The translations under genes and the position numbers were made by a program. Positions 9,981-20,061 of a stretch of DNA of 64,000 nucleotides are shown piece by piece. Numbering within the stretch: position 1 is the first letter of the stretch; each line of letters starts with the position of its first letter. The DNA is from Candidatus Bathyarchaeum tardum (GTDB lineage: Archaea > Thermoproteota > Bathyarchaeia > Bathyarchaeales > Bathyarchaeaceae). The stretch covers positions 1,696,001-1,760,000 of the forward strand of contig CP122380.1 in assembly GCA_024650005.2 (NCBI GenBank), given 5' to 3'. The notes below the pieces were generated by a model. The model had not been told where the DNA came from. It did no database searches and worked only from the letters and a program-made list of their open reading frames with translations.

Positions 9981-11036
9981 TTACTTGTACCAATCCAGAC
10001 TTTGTTCAATGTAAAGTATGAAACTATTAAAAAACTGTTTAATGTCATCTGTCAAACTGGTTTTGTTAAGCTCAGTTTTTGCAACTTGAGCATGTTCTCT
10101 TGAAATATGTTTTGCCATGTCGAGGGCTCCACTTTCGCGTATTATTTGTCTTGCTAGGTCTTTTTCTCCAAAACTAAGAAACTGTTTACCCATAAGACAC
10201 TTCAAACCCTCAGCGTGGGCAACATCTTTAGAATTTAAAGCCAATACCACATGCAAGGGCTTTTTGTTTTTAGAAATATCCAAACAGGAAGATTTACCGT
10301 ATTCTTCTTTTTCAGCAAAAGTATCGATGATATCATCTTGAATGTCAAAAGAAAAGCCCATGTGCGCTGCAGCTTCTGCCAAGATGCTGAAATCGGTTTC
10401 AGGAGCCTTTGCTAGTATAGCTCCAGTAACCAAAGTAACCTTGAACAAGGAAGCAGCCCGCTTACTTGCCATTACATTCCATTCTTCTTCAGTTACGGCT
10501 TTTTGTTCAAACAATAAATCAAGAATCTGACTCTCATTAACTGCGCGATAACCCTCTGAAGTCAAACAAAGTACACGGTTGGTTGATTCTTCGCTGAAGT
10601 TTGACTCCATTATCGCCCGCACAGCCAAAGCATAAGCAATGTTCGCAGCAAAAACTGCCGTGTCTTCCCCAAAGCGCACATCATACGGAGCGTAACGGTT
10701 AGTAAACCCAATATGCAGGGTTTCCCGCCCTCGCCTTTGCTCGTCCATGTCCACGAGATCGTCATGAATCAAAATCGCATGACGATAAAGCTCGACCCCC
10801 ACGCAAACTTTCAAGATTTTTTCGTCAACTTCGCCGGTGTAACCCTTGTAAACCAACAAAGTACTACAAGAAGCCAACCGCTTGCCCTTACGCAAAACAA
10901 AATCCGCAATATCCCGATATACTTCACCAACAAAAGGATGATACTCTGTTGCCTCTTTGATTGCCTCATTAAGAAAGGCCTTGAGACGGTCTTCGATAGC
11001 TGCGCCGTAGTGGTCTAGTGTTTCTTCCCAATTCAT
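9981..11036 (-). CDS. Polyprenyl diphosphate synthase (GGPP synthase/IdsA family)
   Basis: GKRL, LIHDDLVD...RRG (FARM), DIQDDIID (SARM). Confidence 0.9.
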   Translation of the reverse strand: MNWEETLDHYGAAIEDRLKAFLNEAIKEATEYHPFVGEVYRDIADFVLRKGKRLASCSTLLVYKGYTGEVDEKILKVCVGVELYRHAILIHDDLVDMDEQRRGRETLHIGFTNRYAPYDVRFGEDTAVFAANIAYALAVRAIMESNFSEESTNRVLCLTSEGYRAVNESQILDLLFEQKAVTEEEWNVMASKRAASLFKVTLVTGAILAKAPETDFSILAEAAAHMGFSFDIQDDIIDTFAEKEEYGKSSCLDISKNKKPLHVVLALNSKDVAHAEGLKCLMGKQFLSFGEKDLARQIIRESGALDMAKHISREHAQVAKTELNKTSLTDDIKQFFNSFILYIEQSLDWYK

Positions 11037-11049
11037 CTAAAACAACTCG

Positions 11050-11739
11050 CTAAGATTGAACACCCGTTTTCTTGTTGTGGCGTTTGTGCAGTTCCTCAAA
11101 AATACTGTTCAAACTGTAACCGTTCTGAGCTAAAACCACTAACATATGGAAAAACACATCCGCTGATTCCAGAGTAACCTCGTTTGCGTCTCCAGATTTT
11201 ACTGCTAAAATGAATTCTATTGCTTCTTCTCCGACTTTTTGCAGGGCTTTGTCTTGACCTTTAAAAGTCAAACGAGAAACATAGGAATCTTCACTAGGGT
11301 TACGGATACGCTCCTGAACTATCGCAAAGAGACGTTCGAGCATCCTTGAATCAACTGCAGTAAATTCCTTTTCTGGTTTTATTGGTCTGTAGAAACAGGT
11401 TTCCTCACCCGTGTGACAAACTACCCCAACTTGTTGAACCTTGAATAATATGGCGTCGTTGTCACAATCCAAAAACGCGTTTTCAACTATCGAGTAGTGT
11501 TTAGATTCTTCCCCTTTCATCCAAATTCTGCCTTTTGTTCGGCTCCAGTAATGCATCTTTCCTGAAGTCAACGTTAACCGCAGGGCTTCTTTGTTCATGA
11601 AGGCTTGCATCAACAAACGATCATCAGATGCATCCTGAACTATAGCAGGAACAAGCCCGTTTCCTTTCTCAAAATCTATTTTATCAATAAACGCGTTGAT
11701 TTTGTCTTCAGTTAGCTTTAGCACCATTTTTTTGTTCAC
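11050..11739 (-). CDS. hisIE: Bifunctional phosphoribosyl-AMP cyclohydrolase / phosphoribosyl-ATP pyrophosphatase
   Basis: YWSRTKGRIWMKGEES, DCDND, CHTGEETCF; then SYVSRL, KVGEEA, ESADVFFH. Confidence 0.95.
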   Translation of the reverse strand: MNKKMVLKLTEDKINAFIDKIDFEKGNGLVPAIVQDASDDRLLMQAFMNKEALRLTLTSGKMHYWSRTKGRIWMKGEESKHYSIVENAFLDCDNDAILFKVQQVGVVCHTGEETCFYRPIKPEKEFTAVDSRMLERLFAIVQERIRNPSEDSYVSRLTFKGQDKALQKVGEEAIEFILAVKSGDANEVTLESADVFFHMLVVLAQNGYSLNSIFEELHKRHNKKTGVQS

Positions 11740-11745
11740 CTCAAA

Positions 11746-12555
11746 TTACAATAAACGCATGGGCACTCCTTTTTCAGCAAGGTAATTCTTAACGTCTCCC
11801 ACACTGTACTGACCCCTATGAAAAATCGAGGCCGCCAACGCAGCATCCGCTTCACCCACTGTCAAAACATCAAGAATGTGTTCAACATTACCTGCACCTC
11901 CACTGGCAATCACAGGCAAATTAGTTGCCCGACTCATGGCACGGGTTAATTCAAGATCGTAACCTGTTTGCACCCCGTCACAGTCCATACTAGTAGGCAA
12001 AAGCTCTCCTGCCCCCAAATCTTTGACCTGTTTCGCCCATTTAATGGCATCAATTCCCGTGGGTTTTCGTCCTCCCATCAAATAGATTTCCCACCAGCAT
12101 TTGCCGTTTGCAGTGTCTACAACAGTTTTGTCAGGCACATCACAGTCCACGTAAACTCGTTTTGCGTCAATGGCGACTACAATGCATTGGCTGCCAAAAA
12201 TGGAAGCAGACTCTTCAACCAAACATGGATTATTAACTGCTGCAGTATTCACAGAGACCTTGTCGGCTCCACTGGATAAGGCATTTTGAATATCAGCAAT
12301 GTTACGAATTCCCCCACCTACAGTAAAAGGAATAGAAATCATGTCCGCAGTCCGTTTAACTACTTCCAAGGTGGTGTCCCGATTCTCATGAGACGCAGTA
12401 ATGTCCAAAAAAACTACTTCATCGGCTCCTTGTTCTTCGTAAGCTGCAGCAAGCTCAGCAGGGTCGCCTTCAACTTTCAAGTTAACAAACTGAACACCTT
12501 TGACTACTTGTCCGTTCATAACATCCAAACACGGAACAATACGTTTAGCTAACAA
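11746..12555 (-). CDS. hisF: Imidazole glycerol phosphate synthase, cyclase subunit
   Basis: [47 protein letters not shown]. Confidence 0.97.
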   Translation of the reverse strand: MLAKRIVPCLDVMNGQVVKGVQFVNLKVEGDPAELAAAYEEQGADEVVFLDITASHENRDTTLEVVKRTADMISIPFTVGGGIRNIADIQNALSSGADKVSVNTAAVNNPCLVEESASIFGSQCIVVAIDAKRVYVDCDVPDKTVVDTANGKCWWEIYLMGGRKPTGIDAIKWAKQVKDLGAGELLPTSMDCDGVQTGYDLELTRAMSRATNLPVIASGGAGNVEHILDVLTVGEADAALAASIFHRGQYSVGDVKNYLAEKGVPMRLL

Positions 12556-13268
12556 TTTTTCAATGCCTCCAAAGCCTCTTTAACAGTAAATTTTTTCTCA
12601 TAAATAGCAGTTCCAACAATAACTCCCCACACTCCGGACTTATATAAATCAACCAAATCATTTAACTTGGCAACTCCACCAGAAGCAACAACAGGAACAG
12701 AAACTGAATTCATCAATTCTACAGTTTTTTTGATTCGTGGACCCTCAAGGGTACCATCCACACTAATGGGAGTAAAAATCAACGCTCCAACATTCATCGC
12801 ATCAAACAATCTGGCAAGCTTTAAACACTCCATTTCAGACTTGTTTTTCCAGCCATGAACTGCAACCTTACCGTCTTTTTCATCGATAGCCACAGCGACA
12901 TGCTCTGAACCAAAACGAGAAATAGCCTCCTTCACCAAGGAGGGGTCATTAACTGCTACAGTTCCAAAAATAACCCGGTAAGCTCCCAACGTAAGCAACT
13001 CTTCAGCCTTTTCTAAACTACGAATTCCGCCCCCAACTTCTGCTTTTACGTTTATATTTTCTAGAATTCGATTAATTGCAGAAACGTTATCTCCGGAACC
13101 TAAAGCTGCATCCAAATCAACCAAATGAATCAGTTCTGCTCCGTCACGTTCCAGAATCTGAGCTGCTTGCAAAGGGTCCTCGTAATATACTTTATTTTTT
13201 GCAGGATCGCCTCGAAAAAGTCGGACACATTTTCCGCCCATTATGTCTACCGCAGGAATAACTATCAA
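12549..13268 (-). CDS. hisA: ProFAR isomerase
   Basis: [41 protein letters not shown]. Confidence 0.96.
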   Translation of the reverse strand: MIVIPAVDIMGGKCVRLFRGDPAKNKVYYEDPLQAAQILERDGAELIHLVDLDAALGSGDNVSAINRILENINVKAEVGGGIRSLEKAEELLTLGAYRVIFGTVAVNDPSLVKEAISRFGSEHVAVAIDEKDGKVAVHGWKNKSEMECLKLARLFDAMNVGALIFTPISVDGTLEGPRIKKTVELMNSVSVPVVASGGVAKLNDLVDLYKSGVWGVIVGTAIYEKKFTVKEALEALKNC

Positions 13269-13273
13269 GTTGG

Positions 13274-13882
13274 TTACCTCTTTACTAGATTTACAAAATT
13301 TTTCAGCATAATTAAGCCTGTTTTGCTGCTTTTTTCAGGGTGAAACTGGGTTGCAAACAAGTTTTTTTGAGCAACCATGGACGCAAACTTCACTCCATAA
13401 TCTGTGGTGGTCACCACAACGTCCAATTCAGCAGGCTTAGGATAAAAAGAGTGAACAAAATACACGTAAGATTCGTCCTTTACGCCGTCAAGTAACGGGT
13501 GAGGCTTTTGAATATTTATGGTGTTCCAGCCCATCTGAGGCGTTTTTACTGTGTTGGGTAATTTGATTACTTCACCCGAAATGAAATCCAATCCCTTAAT
13601 TGAGCCCCCTTCATGGCTACGGGTGAAAAGAAGCTGTAATCCTAAGCAAATTCCAAAAATTGGGGTGCCGTTGTTCATGGTTTCTGCTACTACATCAGCT
13701 ATGTGAGCCATGTTTTTAACTGCTGGAGTAAAGGCTCCAACACCTGGAAGAACAATAGCGTCAGCGTTACGCAAAGCATTAGAATTGTGGGTAATTTGGA
13801 CTTGAGCCCCTGATTTTTCTAAGCCTTTAGTGATGCTTCGCAGGTTTCCTACGCCATAATTCACGACTGCTATTTGCGGAAT
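13274..13882 (-). CDS. hisH: Imidazole glycerol phosphate synthase, glutaminase subunit (probable ATT start)
   Basis: IAVVNYGVGNL, LPGVGAF, GICLGLQ, YFVHSF, TQFHPEKS; ATT at 13882 lies just after the hisB stop. Confidence 0.93.
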   Translation of the reverse strand: MPQIAVVNYGVGNLRSITKGLEKSGAQVQITHNSNALRNADAIVLPGVGAFTPAVKNMAHIADVVAETMNNGTPIFGICLGLQLLFTRSHEGGSIKGLDFISGEVIKLPNTVKTPQMGWNTINIQKPHPLLDGVKDESYVYFVHSFYPKPAELDVVVTTTDYGVKFASMVAQKNLFATQFHPEKSSKTGLIMLKNFVNLVKR

Positions 13883-13883
13883 G

Positions 13884-14462
13884 TCACAAAACCCCCTTGG
13901 CGCTGGGAACTTGGTCGCCGATTCTTGGTTCAACCGTGAAAGCTTCACGCAAGGCGAGAGCCAGAGCTTTCATTGCGGCTTCTACTTTGTGGTGTTCGTT
14001 ACTGCCATACAAGACTGTCACGTGAATGTTAGCTTTGGCAGCCTGAGCAAGGGATTCAAAAAAGTGTTCCATGTCTTCTGTTTTTAGGTCTTCAATCTGG
14101 GACTGTAAAAGGCGCAGGTTACGAATGCAGTAGGGTCTGCCAGCTAAGTCAACTGTAGCACGGGCAAGGGATTCATCCATGGGAACATAAGCTGAGCCGA
14201 AGCGTTTGATGCCTTTGCCTTGGTTTGTGGCTTTGTTTAGGGCTTCTCCTAAAACGAGGGCAACATCTTCTGCCACGTGATGGGTCAAGTCCCCTGTTGC
14301 GTTTATTTGTAAATCGAAAAGCCCGTGCTTTGCTAAGGTAAGGAGCATATGGTCAAGGAATTTGATGCCTGTTTTTATTTTGGCGTTTCCTTTTCCGTCA
14401 ACGTTCAGTTCTAGGGTTATGTCTACTTCTTTGGTTTTTCTTTTGGCGTGTACTTTTCTCAT
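13884..14462 (-). CDS. hisB: Imidazoleglycerol-phosphate dehydratase
   Basis: TGIKFLDHML, HHVAED, PMDESL, NEHHKVEA, PSAKG; ATGA overlap with the upstream HAD gene. Confidence 0.96.
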   Translation of the reverse strand: MRKVHAKRKTKEVDITLELNVDGKGNAKIKTGIKFLDHMLLTLAKHGLFDLQINATGDLTHHVAEDVALVLGEALNKATNQGKGIKRFGSAYVPMDESLARATVDLAGRPYCIRNLRLLQSQIEDLKTEDMEHFFESLAQAAKANIHVTVLYGSNEHHKVEAAMKALALALREAFTVEPRIGDQVPSAKGVL

Positions 14463-15658
14463 TTTGATTTTCCCCTTAAACATGCAAACAAATATGGAAT
14501 ATCATTCACGTCAGTTAATACTGCGTCAGCTCCATGCTTACTGTATTCAGTAAAAAGCTTATTTGAATCCTCTGATGAAGAAATAACCCCCAAAAACAAC
14601 AACCCATCCATACCTTTCCCTTTAGCATTCTCTACCAACATGGCGTCAGCGATTCCGTCTCCTACGTAGACTACTTTAGAGTCTTTTTTTACGCTTTTTT
14701 GAAGTAACTCAATAAACAAAGTGGGGTCAGGTTTGCCCAGCTTATTCATTTCGTCTTCAGATTTGAGCATGTCTCCCAGAAATACAAACTCTGATTTTTC
14801 AAAGTAGTTCATGTAACCGTATTTTTCTAAAACATACAAACCTTGAGGTCGAGGGCGACCCGAGTATATTCCAAATTTGCCGAACTTTTGTTTTAGTTTG
14901 CCCAAGGTTTCTTTAGATGGAATAAAAGCTTCCATGTCCATGAAACTGGAATTAAATTTGAAAAAAGAAGGTTTCCCATAGATTTTTGTGTACATGTCTT
15001 TGCCCAGATAAAGTTCTTCAAACAATCCCTTCAACAGGTCAGGTTTTTCAAGGTCATACGGAACTAACAACTGAACTAGGCGTTCTTTATTTTGTACTAC
15101 TTCAGGGTCTACCCCTAAAAGCGAGGCTTCAATAGGTTTTTGTTTGTCAAGGCTCGAATGAGCCAAAAACAGGTCCAGCCCCACAATACTGTCGTCTTTA
15201 AGGACAGAAAGTTCAGTTCCAGTGATTCCACATTTTACGAGAAAAGTTCCAACTTTTTTTAGGCTTTGAATAAAGCTTTCAATATCAGAAAACCTGAGGT
15301 CTCCAAAGGTGTCAACAAATTCTTGCAGCTTGTTTTGTTGGTCAAGTTTTCGCAAAATCAATTTCACGTAATAACTGGTTAAAGCATAAGATAACTTCCA
15401 GTCGTTGTTGTAAAGACCAGTGTCTTTGAATTTTTGGATATCAATTAACGTTGCCAGTTTGCCTTTTTCGCCTTCTAGTCCAAGGATTTCCAGAAAATAG
15501 TAGTCTACAAGGTTTCGGATTGTCTGGAGATAAGACTGATTAGTTTGAGCCAAAACCCCATCAAAATCAAAGATTATTTTTTCAGCTTCGCACAAAGAGT
15601 CTTCGGAGCCTTCTCGCACATAGATTTTGTTGTGGGGGTTCAGTAACTTGTATGACAA
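14459..15658 (-). CDS. HAD-superfamily hydrolase, candidate histidinol-phosphate phosphatase
   Basis: FDFDGV (motif I), YSGRP, KPDP, YVGDGIAD; sits between hisC and hisB. Confidence 0.75.
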   Translation of the reverse strand: MSYKLLNPHNKIYVREGSEDSLCEAEKIIFDFDGVLAQTNQSYLQTIRNLVDYYFLEILGLEGEKGKLATLIDIQKFKDTGLYNNDWKLSYALTSYYVKLILRKLDQQNKLQEFVDTFGDLRFSDIESFIQSLKKVGTFLVKCGITGTELSVLKDDSIVGLDLFLAHSSLDKQKPIEASLLGVDPEVVQNKERLVQLLVPYDLEKPDLLKGLFEELYLGKDMYTKIYGKPSFFKFNSSFMDMEAFIPSKETLGKLKQKFGKFGIYSGRPRPQGLYVLEKYGYMNYFEKSEFVFLGDMLKSEDEMNKLGKPDPTLFIELLQKSVKKDSKVVYVGDGIADAMLVENAKGKGMDGLLFLGVISSSEDSNKLFTEYSKHGADAVLTDVNDIPYLFACLRGKSK

Positions 15659-15664
15659 ATTAGG

Positions 15665-16756
15665 TTACTCCTCCAAGGACAGTTTAAGGGCTGAAACAAA
15701 CTTTTGGTTCATGTCACGGGTTCCCACAGTAACTCGTATGCAGTTGTCTAAAAGGGGCAAGTGCCCGCGATCCTTCACCAGCACGTTTTTGTTTTCAATT
15801 CTTTTAGTTAAAGTTTCTGAACTTAGTTTATCCTCTTTTACTTTGAACAAGATGAAGTTGGCATCAGACGGATACGGAGTTAGGCCGTCAATTTGTTGCA
15901 GGTTTTTCATCAGCCATTCCCGTTCTTTGATTACTAAGTCAAGTTTTTCTTTAAAGTAACTCCAGTTTTGCAAAGCCAACCTGATAGTTTCTTGGGTAAC
16001 TGAATTCACGTTAAAAGGACCAACTACTCGTTGAACGTATTTTACGATGTGTTTGCTTGCTGCAAGATAGCCCAGACGAAGACCCGCCAAACCAAAGGCT
16101 TTTGAAAAACTCCGTAATATTGCAAGGTTATCGTATTCTTGTATCCAGTCGATGGCTGTACCGGAAGCGAAATCAACGTATGCTTCGTCAACTACAACGA
16201 TGCCTTTGAATTCTTCCAACAAACATTTAATGTCTGTTTCTTTAAACTGGTTTCCAGTGGGGTTATTCGGGGAACAAACAAAAAGCAAACGGGTTTCTTT
16301 GTCTGCTTTTTTCAAGATAGAATCAACGTTCAAACTAAAATCTGAGTTGAGCAGGGTAGTTACTTTTTTGCCACCATACAATTCAGCAAAAAAAGTATAC
16401 ATCGGAAAAGTTGGTTCGGCAACCATGATTTTTGAGCCTTTGCGTATGAAAACTTTCATGAGCAAATCCATGATTTCATCTGCACCATTTGCCACTGCAA
16501 CCTGAGATGACTCTAAACCCAAAAATTCTGAAATTGCATTAACAGCTAAGCAGCCTCGAGGTGGAGGATAAGCCCGAACATCAACAGTATTTGAAGCATC
16601 AAGCAACAGTTTTTGAACAAAATCCCCAGGCATAGCAAAGTTTTCGTTCAAATTTAGTTTCACTAGGTTCTCGTCAGATTTTTGTCCAGTTATTGTTTTG
16701 ACTTCATAGCATGAAATGTCAAGAACCTCTTTTTGAACCAGTTTTTTTATTTTCAT
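15665..16756 (-). CDS. hisC: Histidinol-phosphate aminotransferase
   Basis: LNLNEN, NGADE, CSPNNPTG, VDEAY, RSFSKAFGLAGLRLGY. Confidence 0.95.
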   Translation of the reverse strand: MKIKKLVQKEVLDISCYEVKTITGQKSDENLVKLNLNENFAMPGDFVQKLLLDASNTVDVRAYPPPRGCLAVNAISEFLGLESSQVAVANGADEIMDLLMKVFIRKGSKIMVAEPTFPMYTFFAELYGGKKVTTLLNSDFSLNVDSILKKADKETRLLFVCSPNNPTGNQFKETDIKCLLEEFKGIVVVDEAYVDFASGTAIDWIQEYDNLAILRSFSKAFGLAGLRLGYLAASKHIVKYVQRVVGPFNVNSVTQETIRLALQNWSYFKEKLDLVIKEREWLMKNLQQIDGLTPYPSDANFILFKVKEDKLSSETLTKRIENKNVLVKDRGHLPLLDNCIRVTVGTRDMNQKFVSALKLSLEE

Positions 16757-18045
16757 TTGTCATTCTCCTCTCGTATTGAAACAGCTTTTGCGTGGGCATC
16801 AAAGCCTTCCATTTCAGCGATAATAACTGCAGTGTCTTTGAGGCTGTTGAAACCTTCTTTGGTGCACTCTAAGAAATTCATGGTTTTAACAAAATCTAAA
16901 CTGGAAAGACCAGAATAGATTTTTGCATAACCCGCAGTAGGCAAAACATGATTTAGCCCTGATGAGTAATCGCCAAAAGACACTGGTGAATATCTGCCCA
17001 AAAACACAGCCCCGGCATTTCGAATTTTATTAAACACTTCGTTCGGATCCTTGGTTTGAATTTGCAGGTGCTCAGGTGCAATCAGGTTTGACAGCTCTAT
17101 TGCTTCCAGGATGTCTTTGGTTGTTATTATCAGACCTTTTTGCAGGGATGATTCAATGATTTGTGTTCTGGAAAGAGATTTCAACTGTATAGCGATCTGT
17201 TTTTTGACTTCTGAAGCTATGTTTTTAGAACAAGTTACCAGAATTGCCCACGCTTGAGGGTCATGTTCAGCCTGAGCAAGAAGATCAGCAGCAACATACG
17301 CAGGGTTGGCGGTCTCATCTGCGATTACCAGAACTTCACTGGGACCTGCAGGGACATCGATGGCAACGTCTCGGCTTACTTCCAGTTTTGCAGCAGTTAC
17401 GTAAACGTTTCCTGGACCTACAATTTTCTCTACCGCTTCCATTGAAGTTGTGCCGTATGCCATGGCAGCTATTGCTTGAGCGCCTCCGACGCGGTAAACT
17501 TCATCTACGCCTGCAATATCTGCTGCTACTAAAAGCGCAGGACTAATGTCTTGTCCTTGTCGAGGAGGCGAACAAACGATTACGCGGTCAACTCCAGCAA
17601 CTTTAGCAGGAATTGCACTCATTAGAACCGAAGAAGGGTAAGCGGCTTTTCCTCCGGGAGCATAAACTCCCACACAGGATAAAGGTCGCATGACTTGTCC
17701 CAGGGTGACACCTTCTGTTGTTTGCATGGTCCATTTGGCTCGGATTTGTTTTTTGTGAAAAATTGCAATGTTATCTGCCGCAGCCTGTAAGGCACCTATT
17801 TGTTTTTGGTCTAATTTTTCGTATGCTTGTTTGATTTCAGTTTCTGAAACCCTCAGAGTAGAGGGCGTGAGACTTACTTTGTCAAACTTTTTAGTATATT
17901 CAACAAGAGCAGCGTCGTCGTTTTCTTTAACGTTATCAATAATTTGGTGCACAGTTGAAACAATAGATGATAAATCGGATTTTCCTCGGTTCAAGAACTT
18001 TTCAAGTTCAGTTTTTTTGAATTCGTCAGAGGCAATAACTTTCAT
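16753..18045 (-). CDS. hisD: Histidinol dehydrogenase
   Basis: GVYAPGGKAAYPSS, GGAQAIAAMAYG, GPGNVYV, AGPSE, QAEHD, APEHL, NHVLPT. Confidence 0.97.
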   Translation of the reverse strand: MKVIASDEFKKTELEKFLNRGKSDLSSIVSTVHQIIDNVKENDDAALVEYTKKFDKVSLTPSTLRVSETEIKQAYEKLDQKQIGALQAAADNIAIFHKKQIRAKWTMQTTEGVTLGQVMRPLSCVGVYAPGGKAAYPSSVLMSAIPAKVAGVDRVIVCSPPRQGQDISPALLVAADIAGVDEVYRVGGAQAIAAMAYGTTSMEAVEKIVGPGNVYVTAAKLEVSRDVAIDVPAGPSEVLVIADETANPAYVAADLLAQAEHDPQAWAILVTCSKNIASEVKKQIAIQLKSLSRTQIIESSLQKGLIITTKDILEAIELSNLIAPEHLQIQTKDPNEVFNKIRNAGAVFLGRYSPVSFGDYSSGLNHVLPTAGYAKIYSGLSSLDFVKTMNFLECTKEGFNSLKDTAVIIAEMEGFDAHAKAVSIREENDK

Positions 18046-18046
18046 T

Positions 18047-18679
18047 TTACATGTCTCCTTGCAGTTTAGACAACAGTTCAGTGATTTCTTTTTCAAAGGT
18101 TCGGTACGCGATTTTGTTACAAGCAAGCCGAGTGGTTGAATCCAAAACGTTTCCAGTTATTCTGAGCTTGTTTTTCCGTAAGGTTTCTCCGCTAGATGTT
18201 AGGTCAACTATCATCTGAGCTAAACCTAGTTTCGGAGCGAGTTCTGCTGTTCCACTTACTTCTAAAACTTCAACTTGTTTTCCCATTTTTTCAAAGTATT
18301 TTCGGGTGATAGTTGGAAACTCTGTTGCCACTCGAGTCAGTGGCGGAATCTCGTTAACTGAAGTGATTGGAGATTTTTCTGGAACCGCAACAACCAAAGT
18401 TGCTTTCCCAAAGCCTAAGTCCAACAATTCAAGAACGTCAGCTTCTCGCTCTACAATTAGGTCGTGACCAGTAATTCCTAGGTCTACTGCCCCATAGTTT
18501 ACGTAAACTGGGATGTCGTTTGCTCGGGCAAAAATTGCTTCATATCGAGGGTCAGAGGTTTTCGAAACATAGGTTCGTTCTTCTTCCAGTACGGTTATTC
18601 CTGCTTGGGCTAGTGCATCCAAGGAAGGAGGTTTGATTCGTCCTTTGTTGGGGATTGCGATTCGGATTTTCTTTTTCAT
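18047..18679 (-). CDS. hisG: ATP phosphoribosyltransferase, short form
   Basis: IAIPNKGR, RANDIPVYV, DLGITG, VDLTSSGETLRKN; about 210 aa with no C-terminal regulatory domain. Confidence 0.95.
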   Translation of the reverse strand: MKKKIRIAIPNKGRIKPPSLDALAQAGITVLEEERTYVSKTSDPRYEAIFARANDIPVYVNYGAVDLGITGHDLIVEREADVLELLDLGFGKATLVVAVPEKSPITSVNEIPPLTRVATEFPTITRKYFEKMGKQVEVLEVSGTAELAPKLGLAQMIVDLTSSGETLRKNKLRITGNVLDSTTRLACNKIAYRTFEKEITELLSKLQGDM

Positions 18680-18680
18680 G

Positions 18681-19952
18681 TCAGGATTGGCCTCCACAAA
18701 ATTCTAGAAACTTTTTGAGGGCTAATTTTTTTGTCGTGTCTGTTTTTAAGTCGTAAACTGTTAGTGGCTTTGTTAATGAGGAATCAACACAAACAACATA
18801 ATCTGCTTCAGTAAGATTTCCGTATTCAACAGTTTTTTCTATAGGTCGATTAGTTACTTCTAACGAAGCAACAAACCCAGCTTCCCGCAAAGAATTAACT
18901 GCTTCAATTGCAACCCTTCGGAATTTTGAGGAAACAATAACCCGCATCTTTTTGCCGTTTGAGATGTCAAATCCCTGAGCTATTAGAGCTTGAAGAATTT
19001 TATCAATTTCCAGAGCAAACCCAGTTGCAGGAAGCTTCAGTTTTCCAAATTTTTCAATAAAGTTGTCGTATCGTCCTCCGCTGCCTATGGGAAGTCCCAA
19101 GTTTGGAACCGAGGCTTCAAACACCATTCCGGTGTAGTATTCAATTTTTTTGGTTAAAGAGAAATCGAAGAAAACTACGTCATCTACTTTGTAGTCCACT
19201 AGGGTTTCTTGAAGCTCTGTTAAACTTGCTAGTTGTTGATTGACTTTATCATATTTTGAGCCATTCAACGAAACGGATGAAAGGTTCTTTAATTGCCTGC
19301 ATTTGGAAAGTTCAAGAAAGGCATCTCGCAAATCAGAAGGGAAACTGTTTTCATCCATGAACTTTTTTAAACCAATTGAATCTCGGCACGCTAGCAGACT
19401 TTGAACTGAAATTTTTTGTGAAGAATCCAATCCTGCGGCGTTTAACAAGTCTTTAAGGAGACTTGCGTGACCCAGATCGATTCGGATTTCGTTTAAGCCA
19501 ACCCGTTTAAGGGAAGAAACCAGCAACGCAAGAATTTCTCCGTCTGCTTCGGAGGTGTTGCATCCAACAAGTTCTACCCCGGCTTGGCAGAATTCCCGTT
19601 CAGGTTTGTAGTTGGTTTGGGTGTACCGGAAAACGTTGTTAATATAAAACAAACGAATTGGCTCGGGGGCAGACTGCATTCTTGTTGTCACGATTCTAGC
19701 GACTGGGGCAGTCATTTCTGCCCGTAGGGCTAATAGTTTGCCGTTAAAGTCTTGGAATTTGAACATGTCGTTGATTAGTTCTGAACCCACTCCAGTGGAT
19801 AGGGTTTCAACAAATTCTATGGTTGGGGAGCGGACTTCGTTGTAGTTCCATGATTCAAAGTTTTTTTGTAATTCTTCTTCAACGTAACGGTATTGGCGGA
19901 CTTCTTTTGGGAGCATGTCTTTTGTCCCTTTTGGTGTGTGTAGACGGGTGAT
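18681..19952 (-). CDS. hisZ: ATP phosphoribosyltransferase regulatory subunit (probable ATC start)
   Basis: HisRS-like: TPKGTKDMLP, LRAEMTAPVAR, REFCQAGVEL, YYTG, GGRYD, PATGF; directly upstream of short hisG. Confidence 0.88.
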   Translation of the reverse strand: MTRLHTPKGTKDMLPKEVRQYRYVEEELQKNFESWNYNEVRSPTIEFVETLSTGVGSELINDMFKFQDFNGKLLALRAEMTAPVARIVTTRMQSAPEPIRLFYINNVFRYTQTNYKPEREFCQAGVELVGCNTSEADGEILALLVSSLKRVGLNEIRIDLGHASLLKDLLNAAGLDSSQKISVQSLLACRDSIGLKKFMDENSFPSDLRDAFLELSKCRQLKNLSSVSLNGSKYDKVNQQLASLTELQETLVDYKVDDVVFFDFSLTKKIEYYTGMVFEASVPNLGLPIGSGGRYDNFIEKFGKLKLPATGFALEIDKILQALIAQGFDISNGKKMRVIVSSKFRRVAIEAVNSLREAGFVASLEVTNRPIEKTVEYGNLTEADYVVCVDSSLTKPLTVYDLKTDTTKKLALKKFLEFCGGQS

Positions 19953-20061
19953 TGCTGTTTCCTCCTTTAAATATTATTTTGTGGGTAATTTGTGGGTTGA
20001 AACCCATATTCCGCACATCTTATATAAAGCTTTCCAGAATGACACTAAAGGAGACAAAACA

